This document shows, in pieces, positions 23,174-33,453 of a stretch of 64,000 nucleotides of DNA. Source of the DNA: Bacteroidales bacterium (lineage in GTDB: Bacteria > Bacteroidota > Bacteroidia > Bacteroidales > P3); NCBI GenBank assembly GCA_045597945.1, contig JAZLLD010000055.1, positions 1,985-65,984 on the forward strand, given 5' to 3'. A model generated the notes under the pieces. That model was not told where the DNA came from. It ran no database searches and was given only the letters and a program-made list of their open reading frames with translations. Each line of letters begins with the position of its first letter. Positions within the stretch are counted from its first letter, which is position 1. The translations under genes and the position numbers were made by a program.

Positions 23174-25051
23174 TTACTTAACTTGAATAGCGTTAAACTT
23201 ACATTTGTTGATGCAGGTGCCGCACTTGATGCAGGCTTCCTGGTCGATCTGGTGAGGCTGTTTACGGTCGCCGTGGATGGCTTCGGCAGGACAGTTGCGT
23301 GCGCAAGCGGTACAGCCAACGCAGATGGACTGATTGATTTCGTAGCGGATAAGGTCTTTGCAGACACCGGCACGGCATTTCTTGTCAACCACATGTTCCA
23401 CATACTCATCCCAGAAGTTGTCGAGGGTAGAGAGGATGGGGTTGGGAGAAGACTGGCCGAGGCCGCAGAGAGCGGTATCTTTAATATTGATAGAGAGGTT
23501 GCGCAGTTTCTCCAGGTCTTCCATGGTACCCTTGCCCTTGGTGATTTTGTCGAGCATCTCAGCAAGACGCTTGTTACCGATACGGCAGGGATTGCACTTA
23601 CCACAGCTCTCAGGCACGGTGAAGTCCATATAGAACTTGGCAATAGAAACCATACAGCTGGTCTCATCCATGATGACCATACCGCCAGAACCCATCATTG
23701 AGCCTGCAGCGGCCAAAGACTTGAAGTCGATAGGCACATCGAGATATTTCTCTGTCAGGCAGCCACCAGAAGGACCACCAGTCTGGACAGCTTTGAACTT
23801 CTTGCCACCCTTGATACCGCCACCAATCTCGTAGATAATCTCGCGCAGTGTGGTGCCCATGGGAACCTCGATAAGACCAACGTTATTCACCTGGCCAGCC
23901 AGAGCGAACACCTTGGTACCCTTGGAGTTCTCAGTTCCGATGCTGCTGAACCACTCAGCACCCTTGCGGATGATGATAGGCACATTGGCATAAGTCTCAA
24001 CGTTATTCACATTGGTGGGGAGCATGTTGTAACCCTTCTCAGAGGTTCGTGGAGGTTTGAAGGTGGGTTCGCCACGCTTACCTTCCATGGAGTGGATAAG
24101 AGCGGTTGCCTCACCGCAAACGAATGCGCCAGCACCATAGCGGAGCTCGATGTCGAAATTGAAACCTGTACCGAGGATGTTCTCACCCAGGAGGCCATAT
24201 TCTTTAGCCTGAGCGATAGCAACATGCAGACGGTGAACAGCCATGGGATATTCGGCACGGATGTAAATCAGACCCTTGTTAGCACCGATAGCGTAGCCAC
24301 CGATTGCCATAGCTTCCAGCACACTGTGAGGGTCGCCCTCAAGGATAGAACGGTCCATAAATGCGCCGGGGTCGCCCTCGTCGGCATTGCAGACCATATA
24401 CTTCTGATCAGCTTTTGCGCGAGCAGCAGAAGCCCATTTCTTGCCGGTGGGGAAACCAGCACCGCCACGGCCGCTGAGGCCAGACTCGGTGACGATGTCG
24501 ATAACCTGCTGCTGGCTGTACTCGGTCAAGCACTTAGCCAGGGCAAGATAACCTTCACAAGCGATATATTCCTCAATTTTCTCAGCATCAATCACGCCGC
24601 AGTTGCGCAGTGCGATACGGAGCTGCTTCTTGTAGAAAGGAATATCCTCGGGTTTCTCAATAGCCTCAGAATTCTCATCGTCGCGATAGAGCAGACGTTC
24701 CACGCGGCCACCATTCACAATGTGGGTTTCGATGATTTCTTCTACATCATCAGCATCAACCTGAGTGTAGAAAGTGTTGTCGGGCATAATCTTAACGATG
24801 GGACCCTTTACGCAGAAGCCGAAGCATCCGCAGCGAACAACCTTGATCTTGCCGTCCAGTCCGCGCTCAGCGATAGACTTGCGGAAGTTCTCAATGATGG
24901 GAACGCTGCCCGATGCGGCACAACCCGTATCGCCACAAACCAAAATGGTCTTGGTGTCGCTGTTGGGTTTCGATGACTTTCTGTCGGCCACAATGGGCTG
25001 GAGGGACTCATAGAGTGCCTGCAATTCGGCCAACGAATTTACCTTTGCCAT
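23174..25051 (-). CDS. hydB: [FeFe] hydrogenase NuoF-like flavoprotein subunit (NAD(P)-binding)
   Basis: 625 aa. GRGGAGFPTGKKW FMN/NADH-binding block, SCGKCNPCR 4Fe-4S motif, two C-terminal ferredoxin motifs. Confidence 0.9.
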   Translation of the reverse strand: MAKVNSLAELQALYESLQPIVADRKSSKPNSDTKTILVCGDTGCAASGSVPIIENFRKSIAERGLDGKIKVVRCGCFGFCVKGPIVKIMPDNTFYTQVDADDVEEIIETHIVNGGRVERLLYRDDENSEAIEKPEDIPFYKKQLRIALRNCGVIDAEKIEEYIACEGYLALAKCLTEYSQQQVIDIVTESGLSGRGGAGFPTGKKWASAARAKADQKYMVCNADEGDPGAFMDRSILEGDPHSVLEAMAIGGYAIGANKGLIYIRAEYPMAVHRLHVAIAQAKEYGLLGENILGTGFNFDIELRYGAGAFVCGEATALIHSMEGKRGEPTFKPPRTSEKGYNMLPTNVNNVETYANVPIIIRKGAEWFSSIGTENSKGTKVFALAGQVNNVGLIEVPMGTTLREIIYEIGGGIKGGKKFKAVQTGGPSGGCLTEKYLDVPIDFKSLAAAGSMMGSGGMVIMDETSCMVSIAKFYMDFTVPESCGKCNPCRIGNKRLAEMLDKITKGKGTMEDLEKLRNLSINIKDTALCGLGQSSPNPILSTLDNFWDEYVEHVVDKKCRAGVCKDLIRYEINQSICVGCTACARNCPAEAIHGDRKQPHQIDQEACIKCGTCINKCKFNAIQVK

Positions 25052-25151
25052 AATTTTACTATATTTTATTTAGAATTAATAATTATCGTCATAAGCACAT
25101 TTGTCTAATACACAATTATATAGAACAAACGCACGTACGCTCGTCATTTAG

Positions 25152-25159
25152 CAAAGTTA
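25152..25159 (-). promoter_or_regulatory. -7 box (TAacTTTG) of hydBAC
   Basis: Plus strand caaagtta within agcaaagttacgaaaaaa, about 100 nt upstream of the hydB ATG. Confidence 0.4.
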
Positions 25160-25253
25160 CGAAAAAATAATCAATTACAACTTCTTTTATAAAAAAATAT
25201 TCAAAATATTTATTAACAATGGTTTTCCTATCTCCTCATCAGCGCATAACAAA

Positions 25254-25289
25254 CCCTAGGTCTCATCAAAAAATTGACGACACCTAGGG
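25254..25289 (-). terminator. possible ribH terminator hairpin
   Basis: 8-bp stem ccctaggt (25254-25261) / acctaggg (25282-25289). The loop is large and the T tail weak. Confidence 0.3.
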
Positions 25290-25313
25290 CTTAAATTGAT
25301 ATGATTCTACCGT

Positions 25314-25775
25314 TTAGAGCTGCTTGATCAGGTCCACCATCTCGATAGCGGTGGTGACTGCCTCAAAGCCCTTGTTGCCAGCCTTGGAACCGGCACGCTC
25401 AACAGCCTGCTCGATGTTATCGGTGGTCAGCACACCAAAGATGATAGGCACACCAGTCTGCAGACCAGCCTGTGCGATACCCTTAGTGGCCTCGCCGGCA
25501 ACCATGTCGAAATGTGCGGTAGCGCCACGGATAACAGCACCCAGGCACACAACTGCGTCATATTTGCCGCTTTCGGCCATCTTCTTGGCCACCAGGGGAA
25601 TCTCGAATGCGCCGGGCACCCATGCGAGGGTGATGTCGGCCTCATCGCCACCATGACGTTTGAAAGCGTCGATAGCGCCACCCAGAAGTTTGTTGGTGAT
25701 AATCTCGTTGAAACGGCCTGCCACGATGGCAATCTTCTGGCCCTGAGCCAAAAGTTTTCCTTCAATAGTATTCAT
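25314..25775 (-). CDS. ribH: 6,7-dimethyl-8-ribityllumazine synthase
   Basis: 153 aa. [15 protein letters not shown] and VCLGAVIRG motifs. Confidence 0.95.
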   Translation of the reverse strand: MNTIEGKLLAQGQKIAIVAGRFNEIITNKLLGGAIDAFKRHGGDEADITLAWVPGAFEIPLVAKKMAESGKYDAVVCLGAVIRGATAHFDMVAGEATKGIAQAGLQTGVPIIFGVLTTDNIEQAVERAGSKAGNKGFEAVTTAIEMVDLIKQL

Positions 25776-25903
25776 TTATATAATATTAAATATTTAACAA
25801 TTTTATTGTTCAGTTGATGAGGATGGAAATAACCGCAAACAAGCGCTAGGCCATTTGGAGCCACCTTGCCCAGCCTCACCAACACTGAAACTACATTATC
25901 CAA

Positions 25904-27112
25904 TTATTTCTTAACAGGTTCTTTCACATGCAGGAGGTGACCCATCTTTTTGTACTTGGTGTAAAGATAGAAAGCATCTTTCTCATTGCAGGTCATCTCA
26001 ATAGGCTCGCGGTCGACGATGGTGATATCATAGCCTGCCAGACCTGAAATCTTGGTAGGATTGTTGGTCATGACCACAATCTTGCGAATGCCCAGGTCGG
26101 AAAGAATGGCAGCACCGGTACCGTAATCACGCAAGTCGGCAGCAAAACCGAGAGCAAGATTTGCCTCTACGGTGTCCATACCCTGGTCCTGCAACTTATA
26201 GGCTTTCAATTTGTTGATGAGACCGATACCACGGCCTTCCTGGCGGAGATACAGAATCACGCCACGGCCCTTGGCCTCGATACGGCGCATAGCCTCATGA
26301 AGCTGATCGCCACAATCGCAACGCAGCGAGCCGAAAGCATCGCCCGTAAGACATTCAGAATGAACGCGGCAGAGCACAGGTTCATCACCAGAGAGGTCGC
26401 CCTTCACCAAGGCAATATGGTGCTCATTGGTAATCTTGTCAACAAAACCTACAGCATGGAATGTGCCATACTTGGTGGGCAGCTCGCTCTCGCTGACACG
26501 CTCCACAAGATGCTCATTACGACGGCGATACTTAATCAAGTCGGCAATAGAAGTAATCACCAGGTTGTGCTCTTTTGCAAACTCGACCAACTCGGTCGTG
26601 CGCATCATGGTGCCGTCCTCGCGCATAATCTCGCAGCAGAGACCGCAAGGCTTCAAACCAGCCAGGCGCATGAGGTCTACAGTAGCCTCGGTGTGGCCGT
26701 CGCGTTTCAGCACACCACCTTCGCGAGCCTCCAAGGGAAACATGTGGCCGGGGCGGCGGAAATCCTCGGGGCGGGCGCCATCCTCAACCACCTTCATGGC
26801 GGTAATAGAGCGCTCCTGGGCCGAAATACCCGTAGTAGTGTCAACATGGTCGATCGAGACAGTGAAAGCAGTGCAGTGATTATCCGTATTTTCAGTAACC
26901 ATCTGATTCAGGCGCAACTTCTTAGCCAACTCTTTGGTCATGGGCATGCAAATCAAACCCTTACCATAGCAAGCCATAAAGTTCACATTAGCCTGTGTGG
27001 CAAACTCGGCGGCACAAATCAGATCGCCCTCATTCTCACGGTCAGGATCATCAATAACAATAATGTTCTTACCTTCGCGCAGTGCTTGTAAAGCTTCTTC
27101 TATAGTATTCAT
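25904..27112 (-). CDS. ribBA: bifunctional 3,4-dihydroxy-2-butanone-4-phosphate synthase / GTP cyclohydrolase II
   Basis: 402 aa. [12 protein letters not shown] (RibB) and [19 protein letters not shown] (RibA) motifs. Confidence 0.95.
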   Translation of the reverse strand: MNTIEEALQALREGKNIIVIDDPDRENEGDLICAAEFATQANVNFMACYGKGLICMPMTKELAKKLRLNQMVTENTDNHCTAFTVSIDHVDTTTGISAQERSITAMKVVEDGARPEDFRRPGHMFPLEAREGGVLKRDGHTEATVDLMRLAGLKPCGLCCEIMREDGTMMRTTELVEFAKEHNLVITSIADLIKYRRRNEHLVERVSESELPTKYGTFHAVGFVDKITNEHHIALVKGDLSGDEPVLCRVHSECLTGDAFGSLRCDCGDQLHEAMRRIEAKGRGVILYLRQEGRGIGLINKLKAYKLQDQGMDTVEANLALGFAADLRDYGTGAAILSDLGIRKIVVMTNNPTKISGLAGYDITIVDREPIEMTCNEKDAFYLYTKYKKMGHLLHVKEPVKK

Positions 27113-27129
27113 TTATATGATGTATTTGT

Positions 27130-27759
27130 TTATTTCAATAAATCCAGCAGGTCCTCGTCACTCATTTTTGAGCTGTGTCCCAGCATCTTCTGCACATATT
27201 TGGCAATAATGTCGTTCTCCAGATTCACCTTCTCTCCCACCCCTTTGGAGGTCAGCGTAGTGTGGCTCTGAGTATGGTTCACAATCGAGACACCAAAAGA
27301 GCGCTCATCCACATCAGTCACTGTGAGCGAAATGCCGTCAATCGTAATTGAACCCTTCTTCACAATGAGGTCAAGAATTGAAGTATCGGCTGAAATACGA
27401 ATAATTATAGCATTCTGTTCCTGATACTTACGGATAATCACACCCGTACCGTCAACGTGCCCCGACACAATGTGTCCACCCAGGCGGCCACCCATCTGCA
27501 TGGCGCGCTCCAAGTTCACTTTGTCCAGGGGGCGCAGGTCTGCCAAATTAGTCATACGCAACGTCTCGGGCATCACATCGGCACTATAGCTATTGCTGTC
27601 GAAGGAGGTGACAGTAAGGCAGATACCATTTGTGGCAATACTGTCGCCCAACTGCACACCCTCCAATACCTTCTTTGCCTCAATGGTCAGCCGCACAGTG
27701 TCGCTCAGCCGCTGAACCGAACGCAGGGTTCCAATCTCTTCAATTATTCCTGTAAACAT
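27130..27759 (-). CDS. ribE: riboflavin synthase alpha chain
   Basis: Canonical MFTGIIEEIGT start at 27759. The ORF-track start at 27810 would overlap ribD. Duplicated lumazine-binding repeats. Confidence 0.9.
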   Translation of the reverse strand: MFTGIIEEIGTLRSVQRLSDTVRLTIEAKKVLEGVQLGDSIATNGICLTVTSFDSNSYSADVMPETLRMTNLADLRPLDKVNLERAMQMGGRLGGHIVSGHVDGTGVIIRKYQEQNAIIIRISADTSILDLIVKKGSITIDGISLTVTDVDERSFGVSIVNHTQSHTTLTSKGVGEKVNLENDIIAKYVQKMLGHSSKMSDEDLLDLLK

Positions 27760-27766
27760 AAGTATA

Positions 27767-28924
27767 TCAGTTTTGGAGTTGATGAAGTTTCGTAGAATTT
27801 GTTTTCGCAATTTTCATTACCAACAAAAGGTCTCTGCCAATTGTTTGATACTCTATATCTTGCATAACGACAGCATCCGCCATCTTCTCAATGCCGAGGT
27901 CGCCCACAAAGCCGGGCGCAGCATTTCCGCCTACTAGCTTGGGAGCCAAGAAAAGGTTTATCTCATCCACAGCTCCGGCTTTCAAAAACGAAGCATTCAG
28001 TGTTGCCCCGCCTTCAAGCAGCACCGAGCTGATTGAGGGCATGCTCTTATCGGTAGGATTGGCCAGATGAAACAGCATATCGTCGATATCTACTTGGCAT
28101 TCAGCTGTCTTGCAAAGCAAAGTTCTCACACCAAGCTGCCGCAGCTGCTCTAGCTTTTCAGGCTCAGCCAGGTCGGTATGGGCCACAATAACCGGAATCT
28201 CACGAGCGGTCTGCACCAGCTTGCATTCCAAAGAAATCCTTGCCTTGCTGTCAACCACAATGCGGATAGGTTGGCACACCTCGCCTTCCAGCCTGCAATT
28301 GAGCATCGGGTCGTCCATCTCCACGGTGCGGATGCCCACCATGATGGCCATCATTTGATGACGCAGGCGGTGCACATACTGCCTGGACTCCTCGCAAGAA
28401 ACCCAGCGAGAATCGCCAGTCTCGGTAGCAATCTTGCCATCCAACGTGGCGGCAGATTTCATCAGCACATAGGGGCGGCGAGTGGTGAAAAGTTTCAAAA
28501 AATGCTTGTCCAACTCGCGAATTTTGTCTTCTTCAAAGCCAACTTCCACCTCAATTCCGGCATCGCGAAGCTGCTGAATTCCGTGTCCGGCAACAAGCGG
28601 ATTGGGGTCTTCTATGCCCACATAAACTTTGGCAATCCCCTGCTCGATCAGCAGTTCGGAACATGGAGGCTGCTTACCATGATGGCAGCAAGGCTCGAGG
28701 GTCACGTAGGCCTCCGCGCCCCGCACATCCACACCCGCAGCCAGGCATTTCATCACAGCGTCGCGCTCGGCATGATAAGCGCCATAGCGGGCATGCCACC
28801 CCTCGCCTATCACCTCGCCATCTCGCACCAACACACAGCCCACCAAGGGATTAGGGTCGGCAAACCCCTCTCCTTTCCTGGCCAGCTCAATGGCGCGCAG
28901 CATGTATTTTTCGTTATATGACAT
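27767..28924 (-). CDS. ribD: bifunctional diaminohydroxyphosphoribosylaminopyrimidine deaminase / 5-amino-6-(5-phosphoribosylamino)uracil reductase
   Basis: 385 aa. HAERDA and TLEPCCHHGKQPPC deaminase motifs plus a C-terminal reductase domain. Confidence 0.95.
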   Translation of the reverse strand: MSYNEKYMLRAIELARKGEGFADPNPLVGCVLVRDGEVIGEGWHARYGAYHAERDAVMKCLAAGVDVRGAEAYVTLEPCCHHGKQPPCSELLIEQGIAKVYVGIEDPNPLVAGHGIQQLRDAGIEVEVGFEEDKIRELDKHFLKLFTTRRPYVLMKSAATLDGKIATETGDSRWVSCEESRQYVHRLRHQMMAIMVGIRTVEMDDPMLNCRLEGEVCQPIRIVVDSKARISLECKLVQTAREIPVIVAHTDLAEPEKLEQLRQLGVRTLLCKTAECQVDIDDMLFHLANPTDKSMPSISSVLLEGGATLNASFLKAGAVDEINLFLAPKLVGGNAAPGFVGDLGIEKMADAVVMQDIEYQTIGRDLLLVMKIAKTNSTKLHQLQN

Positions 28925-28997
28925 AAAAAAACTACCCTATCAATTATATTAATAATAATCGCCAGGGCAGACTCAGACACGCTCAAAAAAAGCGTCT

Positions 28998-29125
28998 ATG
29001 ACCTTCTTCTTCCATCCGGACTTTCACCGTCGGTCTCGGAATTTCGCCGAGTCAGTTCCCCTGGGGGAAGTAGCGGACTATCACCGCCGGAAAGGACTTT
29101 CACCTTACCCTGAAGACTGTTCCAA
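28998..29125 (-). promoter_or_regulatory. FMN riboswitch (RFN element) in the ribD leader
   Basis: The minus strand reads ...gtcttcagggtaaggtgaaagtcctttccggcggtgatagtccgc...ggcgaaattccgagaccgacggtgaaagtccggatggaagaagaagg. This matches conserved RFN blocks including the P1 closing tcttc/gaaga. Confidence 0.85.
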
Positions 29126-29166
29126 ACCGCCAAAACAAACCTCTCTGCTCGGCTGGTTTGAGAATG

Positions 29167-29174
29167 CAAAGATA
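29167..29174 (-). promoter_or_regulatory. -7 box (TAtcTTTG) of the rib operon
   Basis: Plus strand caaagata within atgcaaagatacat, about 45 nt upstream of the riboswitch 5' end. Confidence 0.45.
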
Positions 29175-29293
29175 CATATTTTTTTTCAATTAATAAAAAA
29201 AAGTTCATCTCGGTGATAAAAAAGGTTCATTCCGCCAAAACTTTTTTGATTTCCGACCCCACCCAAAAAACTATACTCAGCCCCGTCCTTCCC

Positions 29294-29390
29294 CCGTTCC
29301 TTATCCTATATTTATACTATAGTTATACCTTATTTATCCTATTATATATAGTATAAATATAGAATAAATAAGGTATAAATAAGGTAAAAC
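29294..29390. repeat. 11-bp-module quasi-palindromic element, copy B
   Basis: Reads ccgttccttat cctatatttat actatagttat accttatttat cctattatata tagtataa atatagaataa ataaggtataa ataaggtaaaa. Confidence 0.8.
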
Positions 29391-29457
29391 AAGCGGGTTT
29401 ACTACGGTGCCAAGGTTCGTTTGCTGTTGTTCAACAACTATTTGGCTGGACTCAAAG

Positions 29458-31749
29458 CTACTTTATGAGTGCGTACATTTGAACCAAATCATCGCAGTGC
29501 GACACAAAGTCTGGCTGGCCTGCACGATTATACAAATCCGACTTGAATTTCAACAAAATAGGATAGTATTTCGACTCGGCGTTCAACACAAAATTGTAAG
29601 CCGAGTAGTCGTCATTCCAGGCCCCGTAATACAAGTTGTCGTGCCCCTGATGCAGCAAGAGATAGTAGGCCTTGTATCGGAGATCGGCACGCTGGCTGGC
29701 AAGCGATCCCAGGAGCAGATTGCGCGACTGACCGAGGAAGTCAAATTGGTCTTCAACCGCTGAGTCATAAATAGTTTTGTCGTGAACAGTCGAAACAGCG
29801 TAGCGCGCAAGCCACCAACAACTGCCTATCTCTGAAGCCTGATGATAGAGTGCACCCAAATTGTACTGGCCCTCATAGAGGTCTTCGCCCCGGGCAATCT
29901 TGATGTGTTTCTGCAAGGCCAACACCTCTTGGCAGAACTCCACTTTGGCATTCTTGCTGAGTTTAACGTTACCGCTCAGTTCAGCCTCGTCCACGAGCGT
30001 TTTCTCCCAGGGAAGATCCTGAATGCTCCGCATAGCGGCATAAGGCGCAATGGGTTGGCGTTCAATAAAATCAAGCGGCACCTGCTTAAGATATTTGATA
30101 GCCTCGGCAAAACGACCGTTGAGGATAAGCATGGTACCCATCACATCCAGATAGTCGTTTCGCACAAAAGGCAGACGCCCACACAGATAGCGCACCAACG
30201 CTCCCTGTTTGGAGGTTGCGCCCATGAGGTCCAGCAGCTGCTGCTGCTTGCCAAGACTGAGTGCGCAGAACATGGAGTAGTGTTCTGAGTGACTAGAGGG
30301 CAGATACGAGTATGTGTCGCCGTATTGCTGGCACAGCAGACTCCATGCCATGGTAGCCATAACCGAGTCTCCCTCACGCAGATAGCGGTCCACAATGCCG
30401 TTCTTCACCAAATAGTTCAGCCGGTCCTCGTCGCTTACCCGCGGGGTCTCATAATCGTAGTAGGTATAGCTGCCGTCTGCCGAGGTGCTCACCCAGATGT
30501 CCTCATCCGAGATGCGCAGACTGGGCAGCCATTTTGCCAGGGTGCTTTCCATCACCTTGAGGCTGTGCTGGCGCGTAGAGAGCAGCATACATAAATAGCA
30601 TGCGTTGCTGATTGATGCGGGGCTGCCGAGCATCTTCATAGCCTGCTGGATCTCTTCCCAGGCCTTATCGTAGTCGGCCTTGAGATAATGCAGATAAGCC
30701 TTGGCGCTCATCCACATACAACGGTCCTTGACCTTTTTGTCGGCCAGCTGGCGCTCAATCACTTCGTTGACGACTTTATACTCTTCCTGGGTCACTTTAT
30801 AGATGGACACCAAGGAGAACCATTCCTCCATGCTGGGTAGGCTTGCCAGAGCCCATTGGCCGTCGGGGCAAGTTCTATAATCCAAATTCATATAGGGCAC
30901 CTTCAGCTCCTCTGCTTTCTCCCAAGTGATACACTGCCCCAGATAGTTGCGCATGAGCGCCACGCGAGTATAATATTCGTAGCTCTCGCGACTGCCGTTC
31001 ACGATTTCTTCAAGCATATAAGGCAACACGGGCGAGTTTGGATCTTGCTGGACTACACGGCTAAGGCATTGTGCGCCATGCATATTGCGCATACATTGAT
31101 GGGCATCGTAGAGGTTGCCGCTCAACGCATACTGAACTGCGGCATCTTCTTGGCGGCCAAGATGATAGAGCGCACCAGCATAGTAGTCGCGAGCCATGTC
31201 GACAAACACACTGCTGCCCTGCAACGGCTGCTTCTCCCACAAAGCAACGATGGCGTTGTAGTTGTTCTGGCGGAAAAGGATGCGGAGGCGAAGCAGATAA
31301 TATCTGTCGCTCAGCAACTTGCCGCTATAGCCGGCTGCCTGGTTGAGCATTTTTTGCAAGTTCTTGTTATACTGCGAAATCTCCTCAGCGCTGGGGTAGT
31401 TCCACGAATTGTAGGAGAAATTGGCATTGTTGAGATATGACACCAAAAGTCGCACATAGCTGCCAACTTCTTGATTTTTGAGGGCATAGCGAGCGATGGG
31501 GTTGTTTAGGGTGTCCAGCTCGGCGAGGGTGATTTCGGCCAATTGGCGGCTCTGCGCCACAGTGACTTTCTGGCCAATCAAGGCGCTCCACGCATCGGCC
31601 AAACGCTGGTCGTTGTTCTGAGAATAACTCATCGGCGAGGGACACAGGCTGAATACATAGGCGTTATAATTTGCCCCGTAGGGTCCGCAGGCCACCACTT
31701 TTGCCATGCCTAAAATCACGGCTATTACTATCAATAATATCTTTTTCAA
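29458..31749 (-). CDS. large hypothetical lipoprotein/secreted helical protein (TTG start)
   Basis: 763 aa. The first codon at 31749 is TTG. The signal/lipobox-like (M)KKILLIVIAVILGMAKVVAC would be lost if the next ATG were used. No family recognised. Confidence 0.55.
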   Translation of the reverse strand: MKKILLIVIAVILGMAKVVACGPYGANYNAYVFSLCPSPMSYSQNNDQRLADAWSALIGQKVTVAQSRQLAEITLAELDTLNNPIARYALKNQEVGSYVRLLVSYLNNANFSYNSWNYPSAEEISQYNKNLQKMLNQAAGYSGKLLSDRYYLLRLRILFRQNNYNAIVALWEKQPLQGSSVFVDMARDYYAGALYHLGRQEDAAVQYALSGNLYDAHQCMRNMHGAQCLSRVVQQDPNSPVLPYMLEEIVNGSRESYEYYTRVALMRNYLGQCITWEKAEELKVPYMNLDYRTCPDGQWALASLPSMEEWFSLVSIYKVTQEEYKVVNEVIERQLADKKVKDRCMWMSAKAYLHYLKADYDKAWEEIQQAMKMLGSPASISNACYLCMLLSTRQHSLKVMESTLAKWLPSLRISDEDIWVSTSADGSYTYYDYETPRVSDEDRLNYLVKNGIVDRYLREGDSVMATMAWSLLCQQYGDTYSYLPSSHSEHYSMFCALSLGKQQQLLDLMGATSKQGALVRYLCGRLPFVRNDYLDVMGTMLILNGRFAEAIKYLKQVPLDFIERQPIAPYAAMRSIQDLPWEKTLVDEAELSGNVKLSKNAKVEFCQEVLALQKHIKIARGEDLYEGQYNLGALYHQASEIGSCWWLARYAVSTVHDKTIYDSAVEDQFDFLGQSRNLLLGSLASQRADLRYKAYYLLLHQGHDNLYYGAWNDDYSAYNFVLNAESKYYPILLKFKSDLYNRAGQPDFVSHCDDLVQMYALIK

Positions 31750-31845
31750 TTTGTTGAATGGTTTAAAATATTCCTATAATGTTGTTTGGCGAAATCGCTA
31801 TCCGGCAAGGGTGAAGGCGAAATTGAGAGCGAACAGGGTTCACCC

Positions 31846-33402
31846 CTACTCTACTACATACCGCTCAATGTTGCGGTGTTCTTTAGAGAAGTTAAGGCCT
31901 ATACGGATAATCTGCTGACCGTCGAGCTCAAAGGGGAGAGTATAGTTGCGGTCATTAATCTGTGCCAAGGCCTCCTCGGCTGTGCCGTCCAGCTTGAACT
32001 CCATCACATAGCAGTAGTTTGGGGCTTTCAGCACCAAGTCTATGCGGCCTCGGCTAGTGTGATACTCGGCCTGGACATAGAACCCCATCAGTTTGGCCAC
32101 AATCCATATAACATTCTGATAATGATTCTCCAAGTCCTTGACCAGCTCGTAGGGTGTGTCGGCAAAGAGGCTGCGCAGACGCTCGAGGAACAGCTCGGTG
32201 CGCCCGGCTCGCACATCCTGCACAAAGTTTTTGACGTCAAAACTAGTGCTTCCCTGCCTACATGAGGTATAGAATGGCAAGAGATATTTGGCAAATCCTT
32301 CGGCAACCTCATCGTTGGGAAATCCCAATCGATAGGTGCCAAATTCTGCGTCGCAGCCCTTGATGGTGAGGTATCCGCTTTGGAAAATGACAGGGATTGG
32401 GTTCTGCGAAGTGATATCGATGGAGTTGAGCGTGTCGGCATCCGTCTCATAACTGGCCATCTGCTCAAGGTTGGTATCGTGTTCCTGAAGTAATTGTACA
32501 AGATACGATGGCGTTCCGGTTTCAAACCAATAACTGCCAAACTTCAGCTTTTTGAAGGTGTTCAACACACTGAAAGGGTTGTAAACTCCCGGTGCGGTTT
32601 CTTCAAAGTGGTAGCCGTCATAGCGTTTGCGCAAACGTGCTATACATTCGTCGCGAGTCAGCTTGTTGGCCTCGGCCAGCCGGTCAATCTGGGAGGGAAA
32701 GTTTGCCAAGAGTTCCTCCTCAGTGATGCCGCAGATGTCGTAGTATTCGGCATCCATCGATATGTCCATGAGGTTGTTCAAGTCGCTGAAAACGCTCACC
32801 TTGCCGAACTTGGTCACGCCCGTGAGCATAGCAAACTGAATGTGCTCGTCCATCGATTTCAGCGCACCATAGAAGCCCTTCAATGTGGCGCGGTAGGCAT
32901 CCTGGAGCTCGGCGTTGCCGATAGCCTGCAGCATGGGCTTGTCGTATTCGTCCACCAAAATCACGGTGCGGAGGCCGGTCTTTTCGTGGGCACGGCGGAT
33001 AAGTCCTTCAAAACGAGTTGCTAAAGTCTGCTCTGAGGGGTCGGCACCCCATACCGACTCATGCTGACATAGGATGGTATTGAGTTTTTTGACCAGGGCC
33101 TCGGGAGTGTCGTATTGCTCGGTGTTGAGGTCGATATAGATGACCGGGAACTTCTTCCACTCCTTCTCTACAGTGCTGATATACAGCCCCTCAAACAGCT
33201 CGCGCTTGCCCTCATAGTAGCATTTGATGGTGGAGAGCAGCAGACTCTTACCGAATCTTCTTGGGCGGGAAAGAAAGTAGTAGCGATTAGTATGCGTAAG
33301 TTCATAGACTTGCCGAGTTTTGTCGACATATAGGTATTCGTCGTTGCGAAGCCCCTCAAACCCTTGTATTCCAATCGGAAGTCGCTGCAAAGTGATACTC
33401 AT
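31846..33402 (-). CDS. AAA-ATPase-like protein with C-terminal PD-(D/E)xK (DUF1703/PDDEXK_9-type) domain
   Basis: 518 aa. N-terminus GIQGFEGLRNDEYLYVDKT...YFLSRPRRFGKSLLLST is typical of the Bacteroidales predicted AAA-ATPase family. C-terminal ...GRIDLVL...YVMEFKL fits PD-ExK. Confidence 0.8.
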   Translation of the reverse strand: MSITLQRLPIGIQGFEGLRNDEYLYVDKTRQVYELTHTNRYYFLSRPRRFGKSLLLSTIKCYYEGKRELFEGLYISTVEKEWKKFPVIYIDLNTEQYDTPEALVKKLNTILCQHESVWGADPSEQTLATRFEGLIRRAHEKTGLRTVILVDEYDKPMLQAIGNAELQDAYRATLKGFYGALKSMDEHIQFAMLTGVTKFGKVSVFSDLNNLMDISMDAEYYDICGITEEELLANFPSQIDRLAEANKLTRDECIARLRKRYDGYHFEETAPGVYNPFSVLNTFKKLKFGSYWFETGTPSYLVQLLQEHDTNLEQMASYETDADTLNSIDITSQNPIPVIFQSGYLTIKGCDAEFGTYRLGFPNDEVAEGFAKYLLPFYTSCRQGSTSFDVKNFVQDVRAGRTELFLERLRSLFADTPYELVKDLENHYQNVIWIVAKLMGFYVQAEYHTSRGRIDLVLKAPNYCYVMEFKLDGTAEEALAQINDRNYTLPFELDGQQIIRIGLNFSKEHRNIERYVVE

Positions 33403-33453
33403 AACTTATATATTAATAATGTTGAATAACGCAAACTCGCGAAAATTATTGTA

